A DNA stretch of 62,861 nucleotides, counting the filler, from Chiloscyllium plagiosum (Eukaryota): NCBI RefSeq assembly GCF_004010195.1. It is 4 parts of one record of this genome, joined end to end, with 100 filler letters (N's around TTAATTAATTAA, not from the genome) between each part and the next. Parts side by side here need not be neighbours in the genome. Positions count along the whole stretch, not along the records: positions 48,112 to 55,810 come from NC_057716.1; positions 55,911 to 62,861 come from NC_057716.1; 2 more parts are not named here. One strand, 5' to 3'. Under the pieces are notes generated by a model that did no database searches, was not told where the DNA came from, and was given only the letters and a program-made list of their open reading frames with translations. The translations under genes and the position numbers were made by a program. Positions within the stretch are counted from its first letter, which is position 1, and each line of letters begins with the position of its first letter. This document shows positions 49,152 to 60,714 of this stretch, piece by piece.

Positions 49152-49672
49152 CGCACACAGTCCGTCTGGCTCTGTCACAGACAGAGGGCTATGTGTCTGA
49201 AGCACAGTCAGAGACCTGAGGCTCTGTTGGGGTGGAGGGATTGGTGATCTCACAGAGTGGACCCACAGGTGATGGCCATTATTGGGACCCCTCCTCTTCC
49301 TCTCAAGGGGCAGGGAGTGAGAGAACCGTCTGATCTCAGGGGGCAGAGCAACTAGCTGGGGCAACAGCAGCAGCAGCAGATAAGGGTTTGGAAAATCCCT
49401 TTTTTGATTCCGGGAGATCACTGTTCTGGCTATTTTCCAGGTCTTAAGAGGAGGATTAGAGAGAGGATTGGAGCTGTCGGTGTGACAGAGCCATTACTGT
49501 GGTCCAGTCCATGGTAGTCCAGGGGTGACCATTGGTCAGTCTGGGTTCCCAGGGCTCTCTGATTGGTCCAGTCAAGTGCAGTCCAGGGGTGACCATTGGT
49601 GCATCAGGGTGGAGGCTGGTGTGAGTGAACAGTGCCACCTCAGCCTCTGAACACGGTCATTGCTGACACTCC

Positions 49673-50236
49673 ATGGTCAGGCTGATGGAGAGCCCAAAGT
49701 CAACTCACTCTGTGGATCAATACAGCCAGCGATACTCTGTCCATGGGGTCAATCACATCTGTAACCGCTCATCAGGCTTCTTTCGGAGAATCATGTGGAC
49801 TGTCACCTTCGCAGGAATGGTGATGCTCCTGTTCTATTGCTGTGGGGTTCAAATCCAGTTCTACCTTCGGAAGGAACATGTCACAGTCCTGGATGAGGTA
49901 TCTGGGAAGCTGACGGATTTCCCATCTGTGACCATCTGTAATTTGAACATGGCCCGGCGATCCCAGCTTACCAGGAACGACCTGGCCTGGGTGGGTCAGC
50001 TGCTGGGATTCTTCAAGCAAGGTCAGGAGATGACAGAGCAAGGCCTGAATGAGGTGCTGCACTTCCTGAGCTCTGAGCACGAGCAGTGGCTATGGAAACT
50101 GCTGCGGGAGAGACATTCCGAGCTGCAGCCTTTTGATCTGCAGGAATTCCAGAATCGAACTGGTCACAATCTAAACGACATGTTGCTTCACTGCAGCTAC
50201 AGCAAGAAGAAATGTAATGTGTCTGACTTCAGTGTG
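49673..50236 (+). CDS. First coding exon of an acid-sensing ion channel (ASIC, DEG/ENaC family); paralog unresolved
   Basis: CCATGG start; HG motif (SVHGVNHI), RRIMW-TM1, HVTVLDE, FPSVTICNLN, RTGHNLNDMLLHC; ends DFSV|GTGAGT in phase 0, the canonical ASIC exon-1 boundary. Confidence 0.95.
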
Positions 50237-50319
50237 GTGAGTACCTGAGCTCCTTTCTCATTCACTCCCTGTCCTGGCACTGCACAGACCACGGGTTAAT
50301 AATCACAGCAGAGACAGAG

Positions 50320-50689
50320 TGAACTATGTCCAGCTCTGGTGGCCTCATTACAGGAAGGATGTAGATGCTTTAGCGAAAGTGCAGAGGAGGTTTACCAGGA
50401 TGCTGCCTGGATTGGAGGGCTTATCTTATGAAGAGAGGTTGAGTGAGCTAGGGCTTGTTACACTGGAGAGAAGAAGGAAAAGTGGTGACTTGATAGAGGT
50501 GTACACGATAATGAGAGGCATAGATAGAGTAGAAAACCAGAGACTTTTCCCCAGGGTAGAAATGGCTGTCATGAGGGGTCATAATTTTAAGGTGATTGGA
50601 GGAAGTTATAGGGGAGATGTCAGAGGTAGGTTCTTTACGCAAAGAGTGGTGAGTGCGTGGAATGCACTGCCAGCGGTGGTAGTAGAGTC
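50320..50689 (+). mobile_element. CR1 3' region
   Basis: VQRRFTRMLPGLEGLSYEERL. Confidence 0.92.
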
Positions 50690-51276
50690 NNNNNNNNNNN
50701 NNNNNNNNNNNNNNNNNNNNNNNNNNNNNNNNNNNNNNNNNNNNNNNNNNNNNNNNNNNNNNNNNNNNNNNNNNNNNNNNNNNNNNNNNNNNNNNNNNNN
50801 NNNNNNNNNNNNNNNNNNNNNNNNNNNNNNNNNNNNNNNNNNNNNNNNNNNNNNNNNNNNNNNNNNNNNNNNNNNNNNNNNNNNNNNNNNNNNNNNNNNN
50901 NNNNNNNNNNNNNNNNNNNNNNNNNNNNNNNNNNNNNNNNNNNNNNNNNNNNNNNNNNNNNNNNNNNNNNNNNNNNNNNNNNNNNNNNNNNNNNNNNNNN
51001 NNNNNNNNNNNNNNNNNNNNNNNNNNNNNNNNNNNNNNNNNNNNNNNNNNNNNNNNNNNNNNNNNNNNNNNNNNNNNNNNNNNNNNNNNNNNNNNNNNNN
51101 NNNNNNNNNNNNNNNNNNNNNNNNNNNNNNNNNNNNNNNNNNNNNNNNNNNNNNNNNNNNNNNNNNNNNNNNNNNNNNNNNNNNNNNNNATTTATGATAT
51201 GCTGTTGGTCTCTTCCACTGTGAAAACTGATGCAAACTACCTATTCAGCTCTCCTTCCATTTCCTCATTCCCATTG

Positions 51277-51895
51277 GGCAACACAGTGGCTCAGTGGTTA
51301 GCACTGCAGCATCACGGCGTCAGGGACCCGGGTTTGATTCCAGCCTCGGGCGACTGTGTGTGTGGAGTTTGCACATTCTCCCCGTGTCTGCGTGGGTTTT
51401 CTCTGGGTACTCTGGTTTCCTCCCACAGCTTGAATACATACACCGACAGGTTCAGGAACAGCCCCTTCCCTGCTGCTGTTATTAGACTGCTGAATGGACC
51501 TCTCTAACTTCAAATAATGTTGATCTTCCTTTGCCCATCGTGTGTGCAGTGTAACCCTGTGTGCCTCACTCTGTCTAAGTACCCTGTCATCTGTATTTCC
51601 TTGTTTACCTAATCTGCATGTACTGTTCATAAAACAAAGGTTTTCATTGAACTTGGGTATATGTGACAACAAGAAATCAAATCAATTCAAATCACAGTCA
51701 AATGGTGCAGTTTAGGTGGATTGGCCATGCTAAATTATCCATAGTGTTCAGGGATGTGCAGACTAGGTGGGTTAGCCATGGGGAATGCAGGGTTACAGGG
51801 ATAGGGTACGGGACCGAATCTGGGTTGGATGCTCTTCAGAGGGTCAGTTCAGACTCAGTGGGCCAAATGGCTTCTTCCTGCAATTTGGGGATTCC
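51277..51895 (+). mobile_element. HE1-type SINE split by a LINE 3' tail fragment (~51430-51690)
   Basis: A/B boxes and core at 51277-51430; SINE resumes near 51705. Confidence 0.75.
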
Positions 51896-51949
51896 ATGAT
51901 TTGATAATAACTACTTTTGTAGCCGAATTTTCCTGCCGTCCAATGTTCA

Positions 51950-53685
51950 CTAAAGAACAAAGAAAATTTACAGCCCAGGAACAGGCCCTTTGGTCCTCCA
52001 AGCCTGAGCCGATCCAAATGTACTGCCTAAACCTGTCTCCCAATTCCTAAGCATCTGTATCTCTCTGCTCCCCACCTACTCATGCATCTGTCCAGACACA
52101 TCTTAAATGAATCTACCGTGCCTGCCTCTACCACCTCTGCTGGCAACGCGTTCCAAACGCCCACCACCCTCTGTNNNNNNNNNNNNNNNNNNNNNNNNNN
52201 NNNNNNNNNNNNNNNNNNNNNNNNNNNNNNNNNNNNNNNNNNNNNNNNNNNNNNNNNNNNNNNNNNNNNNNNNNNNNNNNNNNNNNNNNNNNNNNNNNNN
52301 NNNNNNNNNNNNNNNNNNNNNNNNNNNNNNNNNNNNNNNNNNNNNNNNNNNNNNNNNNNNNNNNNCAGATCTCTCTGCCCATCAACTTTTCCCAAGGCTC
52401 TTCCATTCATTGTATAATTCGCTCTAGAATTAGACTTGCCTAAATGCATCACCTCACATTTGCCTGGACTGAAAACCATCTGCCACTTTTCCGCCCGACT
52501 CTCCAGTCTATGTATATCCTCCTGTATTCTCTGACAGTCCCTTATGCTTTCTGCTACTCCACAATCTTCGTGTCATCTGCAAACTTGCTGATCAGACCAA
52601 CAGTGCCCTCTTCCAGATCATTTATGTATATCACAAACAACAGTGGCCTCAACACTGACTCCTGTGGTACACCACTGGTCACCTTTCTCCATTTCGAGAA
52701 ACTCCCTTCAACTACTACTCTCTGTCTCCCGTTGCACAACTAGTTCTTTATCCACCTGCTAGAACACCCTGCACACCATGTGACTTCACTTTCTCCATTA
52801 GTCTACAATGGGGAACCTTATCAAACTCCTTATTAAAGTCCATGTATATGACATCAACAGCCCTTCCTTCATCTATCAACTTGGTCACTTCCTCGAAGAA
52901 CTCTATTAAGTTGGTAAGGCACGATCTCCCCCACACAAAACCATGTTGCCTATCACTGATAAGCCCATTCTTTTCTAAATATAAATAGATCCTATCCCTC
53001 AGTACCCTCTCGAGCAACTTCCCCACCACCGAGGTCAGGCTCACTGGTCTGTAGTTACCCGGAATATCCCTTCTACCCTTCCTGTACAGGGGAACAACAT
53101 GAGCAACCCTCCAGTCCTCCGGCATCTCACCTGTATTTAAGGATGCCACAAAGATATCTGTCAGGGACCCAGCCATTTCCTCTCTTGCCTCCCTCAGCAA
53201 CCTGGGATAGATCCCATCTGGTCCTGGGGATTTGTCCACCTTAATAACCTCTAGTCTACCCAACACATCCTCCCTACTTATGTCACCATGATCCAGACTA
53301 ACCAAACTTCTATCTCTAATCTCAACACTCATCATGTCCCTCCCCTCAGTGAACACTGATGCAAAGTAATCATTCAGAATCTCACCCATTCTCTCAGGTT
53401 CAACACACAGCCTTCCTTCGTTATCCTTTAGTGGACGAATCCTTTCTCTAGTTACCCGCTTGCTTCCTATATAAGAAGAAAATGCTTTGGGATTCTCCTT
53501 AATTCTGCTCGCTAAAGATATTTCATGACCCCTTTTAGCTCGCTTGATTCCTCGTTTAAGACTTGTCCTACTCTTCCGATATTCCTCCAAGGCCTGTTCT
53601 GTTCTTAGCTGCCTGGACTTTATGTACACTTCCCTTTTCCTTTTGGCTAGTCGTACAATTTCTCCTGTCATCCACGGTTCACTCT
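51950..53685 (-). mobile_element. Relatively young CR1 ORF2 (RT) and 3' end
   Basis: 307-aa ORF with KSPGPDGIYPR, NYRPVSLTSVVGK and VDVIYMDF; SGVPQ; KFADDTK. Confidence 0.96.
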
Positions 53686-53799
53686 TGTCCCTCTCTCTCT
53701 GTTACCTTTGGTCTATAACCTGGTGTTGTGTGATATTTAACTCTTACCTTTTCGATATCTCAAAAAAAAATTCCTGCAAACTTCCATTTTGTTACTAGT

Positions 53800-54365
53800 T
53801 AGCTGACACTCATATTTCAGCTTCTCCCCACGTATTCAGTTATCCTCTGCTGCTTGTTAAAAGCTCTGGTTTCCCACTCAACTTCACAGCTTTGTCTGCA
53901 TCATGCTTTGTTTTTATGCTGCCCCTGACTTCCCCTGTCAGCCATGGCTGCCTCATCCTCCCCTTAGAATATTTCTTCTTCCTTGGGATGACGTTCTGCT
54001 CTGCCTCCCTAATTATCTCGGAAACTCCTGCCATTGCTGTTCCACCATGTTCCCCACTCGGTTCCCCTTCCAATCAACTCTGGCCAGCTCCTCCCTCATG
54101 TCTTTGTAATACCATCACATCTGATTCCAGCCTCTCTCTCACAAACTGCAGGGGGAATTCTATCACATTATAGTCACTGTCCCCTGGGGTTCCTTCACCT
54201 TCAGTTCCCTCATCACGTCTGTCTCTTTACACATCACCAAATCCAGAATGACCTGTTGTGGGCTCTACCACAAACTGCTTCAAAAAACCATCTCGTAGAC
54301 ATTCCATAAATTTGTTGACTTGAAATCTGCTACCAACCTGATTTTCCAAGTCCATCTGTTTATTG
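53800..54365 (-). mobile_element. Degenerate CR1 ORF2 fragment
   Basis: IPRKKKYSKGRMRQPWLTGEV. Confidence 0.75.
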
Positions 54366-54619
54366 CTGTCCCTGTACCTGCTGGGCCTGAAATTCGATTT
54401 ATGACCATTTCCATTCTCTGTGTCCGATTACCTGCCAAATGTATTAAGATTCTTTGAGGTGGTGACAAGCAAAATAGATAAAAGGGGAAAAGGCAGTAGA
54501 TACATAGTTGGATTTTCTGAAGGCATTCAATAAGGGATATATACCAGATAATGTTACTGTCATACAATATCGTGAGACGGAGGAGTGGACAAAGCGCCAT
54601 GGGCAGGTACTTTTTTCTA

Positions 54620-55275
54620 TTCACTCAATGGACATGGGGGTCATTGGCTGGGCCCAGCATTCATTTCCTCTCCCTAGTTGCCCCTTGAGGAGGTGGGGAT
54701 GAGCTGCCTTCTTGAACCGCTGCAGTCCATGTGCTGTGGGTAGACCCACAATGCCCTTAGGGAGGGAATTCCAGGATTCTGACCCAGTGACACTGAAGGA
54801 ACGGTGATATATTTCCAAGTCAGGATGGTGAAAGTGGGGGATTCAGTGCTAATGATACTATTGACTACCAAGGAAGTTTTTCATGTTGAACATGGTCATA
54901 GCCTGGCATGAATGTGTGGCAAGAATGTTCCTTGCCCCTTGTCAGCCCAAGCCTGGATATTGTCCAGATCTTGTTCCATTTGAACATGGACTGCTCCAGT
55001 ACCTGAGGAGTGGTGAATGGTGCTGAACATTGTGTAATCATCGGGGACCATCCCCACTTCTGACCTTCTGATGGAGGGAAGGTCATTGATGAAGCAGCTG
55101 AAGATGGTTGGGTCTAGGACACTCCCCTGAGGAACTCCTGCAGATATGTCCTGGAGCTGAGATGACTGACCACCAATGACCAAAACCATCTTCTTATGTA
55201 CCAGGTGTGACTCTAACCAGCGGAGAGTTTGCCCCCTGATCCCCATTGATCCCAGTTTAGCCAGGGCTCCGTGAT
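54620..55275 (-). mobile_element. CR1/L2-group LINE RT fragment plus 3' end
   Basis: GIRGQTLRWLESHL...AGVPQGSVLDPTIFSCFINDLP; RSFSVTGSESWNSLP. Confidence 0.85.
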
Positions 55276-55417
55276 GCTGGGCTGAAGGGCTGGGTTGGTT
55301 CAGTGATAGAAGCGAATGCGGGTTGGGATTTATCTCTACGTGTTCTTTATGCTGTGTTGCTGGGTTTGGGACATTGTGTCATGATTCAAGCGTTGTTGAT
55401 GTTGTCTCTTTCTGCAG

Positions 55418-55571
55418 ACGGACTGATCATAAACTCAAACCAAAGTTGCAAGTGTGAGACACCTTGTCACCTAACGAGGTACAATAAGGAACTTTCCATG
55501 GTGAAAATGCCGAGCAAGGGCTCCTCTAAATACCTGGCAAAGAAATTCAACACCACAGAGCGAAACATTAA
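55418..55571 (+). CDS. Internal ASIC coding exon (thumb C-terminus, beta10, knuckle)
   Basis: TTTCTGCAG acceptor, 154 bp, AA|GTATGT donor; (D)GLIINSNQSCKCETPCHLTRYNKELSMVKMPSKGSSKYLAKKFNTTERNI versus ASIC consensus C.C..PCNLTRY.KELSMVKIPSK.SAKYLAKKFN. Confidence 0.95.
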
Positions 55572-55810
55572 GTATGTCTTTCTGCTCCTCTTTACTGTCC
55601 ACTCACTAAAAGCTGGTGGGAGGCAGGTACAACACAGAGTGGACCAGACCCACACGTACTAAAGGGAAACCTGGGAATGAAAGTCTAAAAGGGAACTGTT
55701 TGTGGTTTGACACAACAGGTGTCTCACTGGAGAAAGTATATTTTTTCAAAGCTTTTTGTCATAGAGTCATAGAGATGTACAGCATGGAAACAGACCCTTC
55801 GGTCCAACCC

Positions 55811-55910
55811 NNNNNNNNNNNNNNNNNNNNNNNNNNNNNNNNNNNNNNNNNNNNTTAATTAATTAANNNNNNNNNNNNNNNNNNNNNNNNNNNNNNNNNN
55901 NNNNNNNNNN
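55811..55910. other. Artificial contig-joining spacer
   Basis: N44-TTAATTAATTAA-N44. Confidence 0.97.
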
Positions 55911-56520
55911 CTGTGATGGTCAGGACAGCACCACAACACCTCCACTTCCTCAGGGGGCTAAGGAAATGCCGCACGGCCACAATGACTCTTACCAATTTGT
56001 ATAGATGCACCACAGAAAGCCTCCTATCCGGATGTATCACAGATTGGTTTGGCAACTGCTCTGCCCCAGGACCACAAGAAATTACAGAGAGTTGTGAACA
56101 CAGCCCAGTCCCTCCCAAAAACCAGCCTTCCATCCACTGACTCCATCTACACTTCCTGCTGTCTCAGCAAAGACCCTCCCACCCCGTTATAATCTCTTCC
56201 ACCGTCTTCCAAAAGGCTGGAGATACAAAAGTTTGAAAACACGTCCCGACAGAGTGAAGAACAGCTTTTCCCCGGCTGTTATCAGAATTATGAACAGACC
56301 TCTCAAATATTATTTCTGATCTGTGTCTCTCTGGTACACGTGACAATAATCAATCATACATTAGAGTTGATCTTTCTCTGCACCTTCTCTGTCGCTGTAA
56401 CACGATATTCTGCATTCTGTTCTATTACCCTGGTGTACTTATGTAAGGTATGATTTGTCTGGATATCATGCAAAACAATACTTTCCACTGTATCTCAGTA
56501 CATGTGACAATAATAAATCA
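55911..56520 (+). mobile_element. Rex1/Babar-type LINE 3' end
   Basis: APQHLHFLRGLRK...TLTNLYRCTTESLLSGCITDWFGN; tail ending ACATGTGACAATAATAAATCA. Confidence 0.85.
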
Positions 56521-56559
56521 GTCTGGTAGGAGGTTTAATTCAGCAGCAAGTGCACCCAC

Positions 56560-57124
56560 CTCATATTCACTGACACAACTCACTGACACGTAATCAATGA
56601 TGCACCGACCGAGCCACTCGTCAGGCCTGGAGCTCAGGATGTCATTCCGACAGGTTTCCAGATGTGGCTGTAATTTGATGAGGAGGCTGCGGGACAGCAA
56701 GAACCCGAAGCCACCATGACAGTAATGGCCATCGGTGTCACCCCCGATAAACTCCTGAGGACAGCCCATGTACAGGTCAGTGTTGATGCTCAGGTGGTTC
56801 ACTAGGCTTTTGATGCGATCACTCTCAGTGTAGGAGTCATCCTGAATGAGGAAGAACCAATCATACTCACTGCTGAAATGCTCAAAGATGTACTTCACTG
56901 TTTGGTACATGTTCCAGATTGGCCGCTCATCGCCGTGGGTTACAATGTACATTCCGTGTGGGATCTTCCTGCTCCTGGAGCCGGTGAAGTACAGGACCTT
57001 GTCAATGTGGTGACCAATTGTCCGGTTCACCGCCACGGCCAGAGAGTTGAGAGTAGTTTTCGATGTGAGAACTCCCACAAACAAACATTCCCGGATCCCC
57101 AGCTCGGTGCTAATGTAACGCGAT
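56560..57124 (-). CDS. CHPF: Coding exon 2 of chondroitin polymerizing factor (chondroitin sulfate synthase 2)
   Basis: TTTTAG acceptor, 565 bp, GAG|GTGGGT donor; RSRYISTELGIRE...AVNRT...YCHGGFG.LLSR...CRNDILSSRPDEWLGRCIIDY; YISTELGI and CRND favour CHPF over CHPF2. Confidence 0.9.
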
Positions 57125-57199
57125 CTAAAATAAAACAACAACAACAACCTCGATTCATATAGCACCTGGAATGGAACTAAATCTTCCAAGAAGTTTCTC

Positions 57200-57790
57200 A
57201 GATACATAGAGGAGCAGGAGTAGGGCCATTCAGCCCATTCAGCCTGTGCCATCATTCAATATGATCATCCAACCCAGTCCCTGCTCCCATTTTCTCCCCA
57301 TACACTTTGATCACTTTAGCCCAAAGAACTGTATCAAACTCATTCATGAGAATTTTCAAAGTTTTGCCCTCAAACACTTTCTGTAGCAGAGAATTCCACA
57401 GGCTCCACTAAGGCATTCCTTGTCATTTCAGTCCAAAATGGTTTACTCCATATCCTTAATCTGTGACCTCCGGTTCATATTTCCGCGGGAACATCCTTCC
57501 TGTGTTTGTCCTGTCTAGTCCTGTTAGAATTTTAACGGCTTCTATGAGATTCTCCCTCATTCTTCAACTCCAGTGAACGTAGTCCTAACCTCTCTTCATG
57601 TGTCAGGCCCAGGGATCAGTCTGGGAAACCTTCAATGCCCACCCTCCATTGCAAGAACACCCTTCCTCAGATAAGGAGACCAAAACTACACACTCTCCTC
57701 CAGGAGTGGTCTCACCAAGGCCCTGTGTAACTGCAGTGAGATATCTCTGTTCCTGCACTCAAACTTTCTCACTACAAAGGCCACTATACA
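57200..57790 (-). mobile_element. CR1 3' end, degenerate
   Basis: Reverse complement of the CR1 3' UTR (GCTGAATGGCCCTACTCCTGCTCCT) and C-terminal ORF2 remnants. Confidence 0.8.
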
Positions 57791-58249
57791 GTTTACATTC
57801 TTCACCCCCTGCTGGACTACATCATTATCAAACACGATCTGACACTATCACGTACGGAGATATCAGGGGACATGAAACTTTGTCAGAGAGAGAGAGATGT
57901 GATTTCAGTCAGAAAGTTGATGGATAGATGGAGACGGTGAGATGTGGAGTGCACAGTGGGAGGTACAGATGCTATGGCAATCAGGGGATGGAGAGGAGGG
58001 GAGAGGATGGCAGAGATAGGGAGGGATTGCATTATAAAGTCGGGACGTTTAGAATCAGACCATTCCTTCACTGGGAACCAATGTGCGTCCTTGAGCACCA
58101 CGGCAATAGGGAAATGAGACTTAGTGCAAATTAACAGGCAGGTGCCAGCAATTTCACAATTTGGATTACAACGAATAAACCTTGCACATCCAGCCAAGGA
58201 CTGCACTGGAATAGCCTCAAGGGAACAAAGGTATGAATGGGGGGAGAGA

Positions 58250-58520
58250 GTATGGCAGCTCAGTGGTTAGCACTGTTGCCTCACAGCACCAGGGACCCAG
58301 GTTCGATTCCAGCCTCGGGTGACTGACTGTGTGGAGTTTGCACGTTCTCCCCGTGTCTGCGTGGGTTTCCTCCGGGTGCTCCGGTTTCCTCCCACAGTCC
58401 AAAGATGTGCAGGTTAGGGGGGATTGGCCATGGGGAATGCAGGGTTACAGGATTGGGCTTGGGTCTGGCTGGGATGATCTTCAGAAGGCTGGTATGGATG
58501 GGCAGAATGTCCTCCTGCTT
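58250..58520 (+). mobile_element. HE1-type SINE
   Basis: GGCAGCTCAGTGG A box, GGTTCGATTCC B box, conserved core. Confidence 0.9.
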
Positions 58521-58977
58521 CAATGGAGGGATCCAGCAGGACAGAGAAATGTTCCGGAGGTGGGAATGGGTGGTCTTAGTGCTGGGAATTCTTTCTCCAG
58601 TACTCTAGCTCAAAGGCTGTCAAGTGGGAATGGACTGACTTAACCTGAAATCCCGCATTGGGAGAGTGACGGATTGGAGGCTGGGGGAACACAGTTTGGA
58701 AAATATGCAGAAAATGCTGGAGAAACTCAGCAGTTCAGACAGTATCTGAACAGAGAATGAGAACTTATCCACATCAAACACTCTCAGGACAGGACAGCAC
58801 AGGGTTAGATACAGAGTAAAGCTCCCTCTACACTGCTCCCCCATCAAACACTCCCAGGAAGGGACAGCACGGGGTTAGATACAGAGTAAAGCTCCCACTA
58901 CACTGTCCCCCCATCAAACACTCCCAGGACAGGGACAGCACGGGCTCAGATATAGAGTAAAGCTGCTCTACACTGTC

Positions 58978-59124
58978 TTTGACGAGAAAGTGAGGTCTGC
59001 AGATACTGGAGATCAGAGCTGAAAATGTGTTGCTGGAAAAGCGCAGCAGGTCAGGCAGCATCAAAGGAACAGGAGAACCGACGTTTCGGGCATAAGCCCT
59101 TCTTCAGGAACACATTTTCAGCTC
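58978..59124 (-). mobile_element. Hammerhead-headed Penelope insertion inside the minisatellite
   Basis: CTCTACACTGTC repeated at 58966-58977 and 59125-59136; short inverted stub CACATTTTCAGCTC after the ribozyme. Confidence 0.85.
59075..59110 (-). ncRNA. Minimal hammerhead ribozyme motif (family A), intact core
   Basis: Minus TTC-CTGAAGA-A-GGGC-TTAT-GCCC-GAAA-C-GTC-GG. Confidence 0.8.
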
Positions 59125-60344
59125 CTCTACACTGTCCCCGATCAAATACTCCCAGGTCAGAGACAGCACGGGGTTAATTAGAGAGTAAAGCTCCCTCTAC
59201 ACTGTCACCATCAAACACTCCCAGGACAGGGACAGCACGGGCTCAGAGACAGAGTAAAGCTCCCTTTACACTGTCCCCCATCAAATACTCCCAGGACAGA
59301 GACAGCACGGGGTTAATTACAGAGTAAAGCTCTCTCTACACTGTCCCCATCAAACACTCCCAGTACTGGGACAGCACGGGGTTAGATACAGAGTAAAGCT
59401 CCCTCTACACTGTCCCTCCATCAAACACTCCCAGTACAGGGACAGCACGGGGTTAGATACAGAGTAAAGCTCCCTCTACACTGTCCCCCCATCAAACACT
59501 CCCAGGACAGGGACAGCACGGGCTCAGATACAGAGTAAAGCTCCTCTACACTGTCCCCCATCAAATACTCCCAGGACAGAGACAGCACAGGGTTAATTAC
59601 AGAGTAAAGCTCCCTCTACACTGTCCCCATCAAACACTCCCAGTACAAGGATAGCACAGGGTTAGATACAGAGTAAAGCTCCCTCTACACTGTCCCCTCA
59701 TCAAACGCTCCCAGGACAGGGACAGCACGGGCTCAGAGACAGAGTAAAGCTCCCTCTACACTGTCCCCCATTAAACACTCCCAGGACAGAGACAGCACAG
59801 GGTTAATTACAGAGTAAAGCTCCCTCTACACTGTCCCCATCAAACAGTCTGAAACACTTGGGTGAGGGGAAAGTGTTGTGTAAGTACATTCTTCATTAAG
59901 ACAGATCGCTGATTTGATGTGAAGTAATGGTTGATTCAGGATGTGAACAGGAATTAATGACTGGGGCCTGGCATTATGCCCTGGCAGCAGGAGCCGACTG
60001 ACATTGGCAGCTGACCATGTCCCATCATGCACACAGCAGGGGGCTGTCTCCAATAACCGTCCAAATCCAAACTCAGAGAAATCTGTCCAAAACCAACCAG
60101 TGAACCCTCCTGCAACACAAGGACAATAGAGAGGCAGTGCACAGAGAGCAGGGACAGCTAGAAGTGCTCTCTGATGGCAGGGCCATCATTGGCGAGGTAC
60201 CAATGTGTGCCAAGGGCAATGGGTGGGTCAGACTCAGCAGAACAACTCTGAATCAATCCCCAAACTAATTCCACTGCCCTGCTCTCTCCCCATAGCCCTG
60301 TATCAATCCCCAAACTAATCCCACTGCCCCGCACTCTCCCTGTA

Positions 60345-60712
60345 AAACATAGAACAGTACAGTGCAGAACAAGCCCTCCTGTCCTCGATGTTCTGCTGAC
60401 CTTTTATCCTACTCCAAGCTCAGACTAACCGACATACACTTCATTTTACTACTATCCATGCACCGAACCAAACGTTTCTGAAATGCTCCGAATGACTTTG
60501 AGTCTACTCCCACTGCTGGCAGTGCATTCCACACACACAACACTCTCTGTGCAAAGAGACAACCTCTGACATCTCACCTAAACTTTCCCCCAATTACTTT
60601 GTAATCATGCCTCGTCACACAGCATTACAGTGCAGTACAGGCCCTCGATGCTGCACCAACCTATAGAACCAATCTGACGCAGATCCATCCTCCACTATTC
60701 CATTTTCATACA
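60345..60712 (-). mobile_element. CR1 3' end fragments
   Basis: CATAGAACAGTACAG tail; QRVV.VWNALPAVGVD on the minus strand. Confidence 0.7.
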
Positions 60713-60714
60713 CA

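Larger units (their letters stand above)
58770..59845 (-). repeat. ~59-60 bp minisatellite array (reverse complement of 1-1130 family)
   Basis: Units CCCCATCAAACACTCCCAGGACAGGGACAGCACGGGGTTAGATACAGAGTAAAGCTCCCTCTACACTGT. Confidence 0.97.

Noticed and set aside
49673..50236. Assigning the symbol ASIC4
   Set aside because: Synteny suggests it, but sequence motifs disagree and the link to CHPF crosses an artificial spacer.
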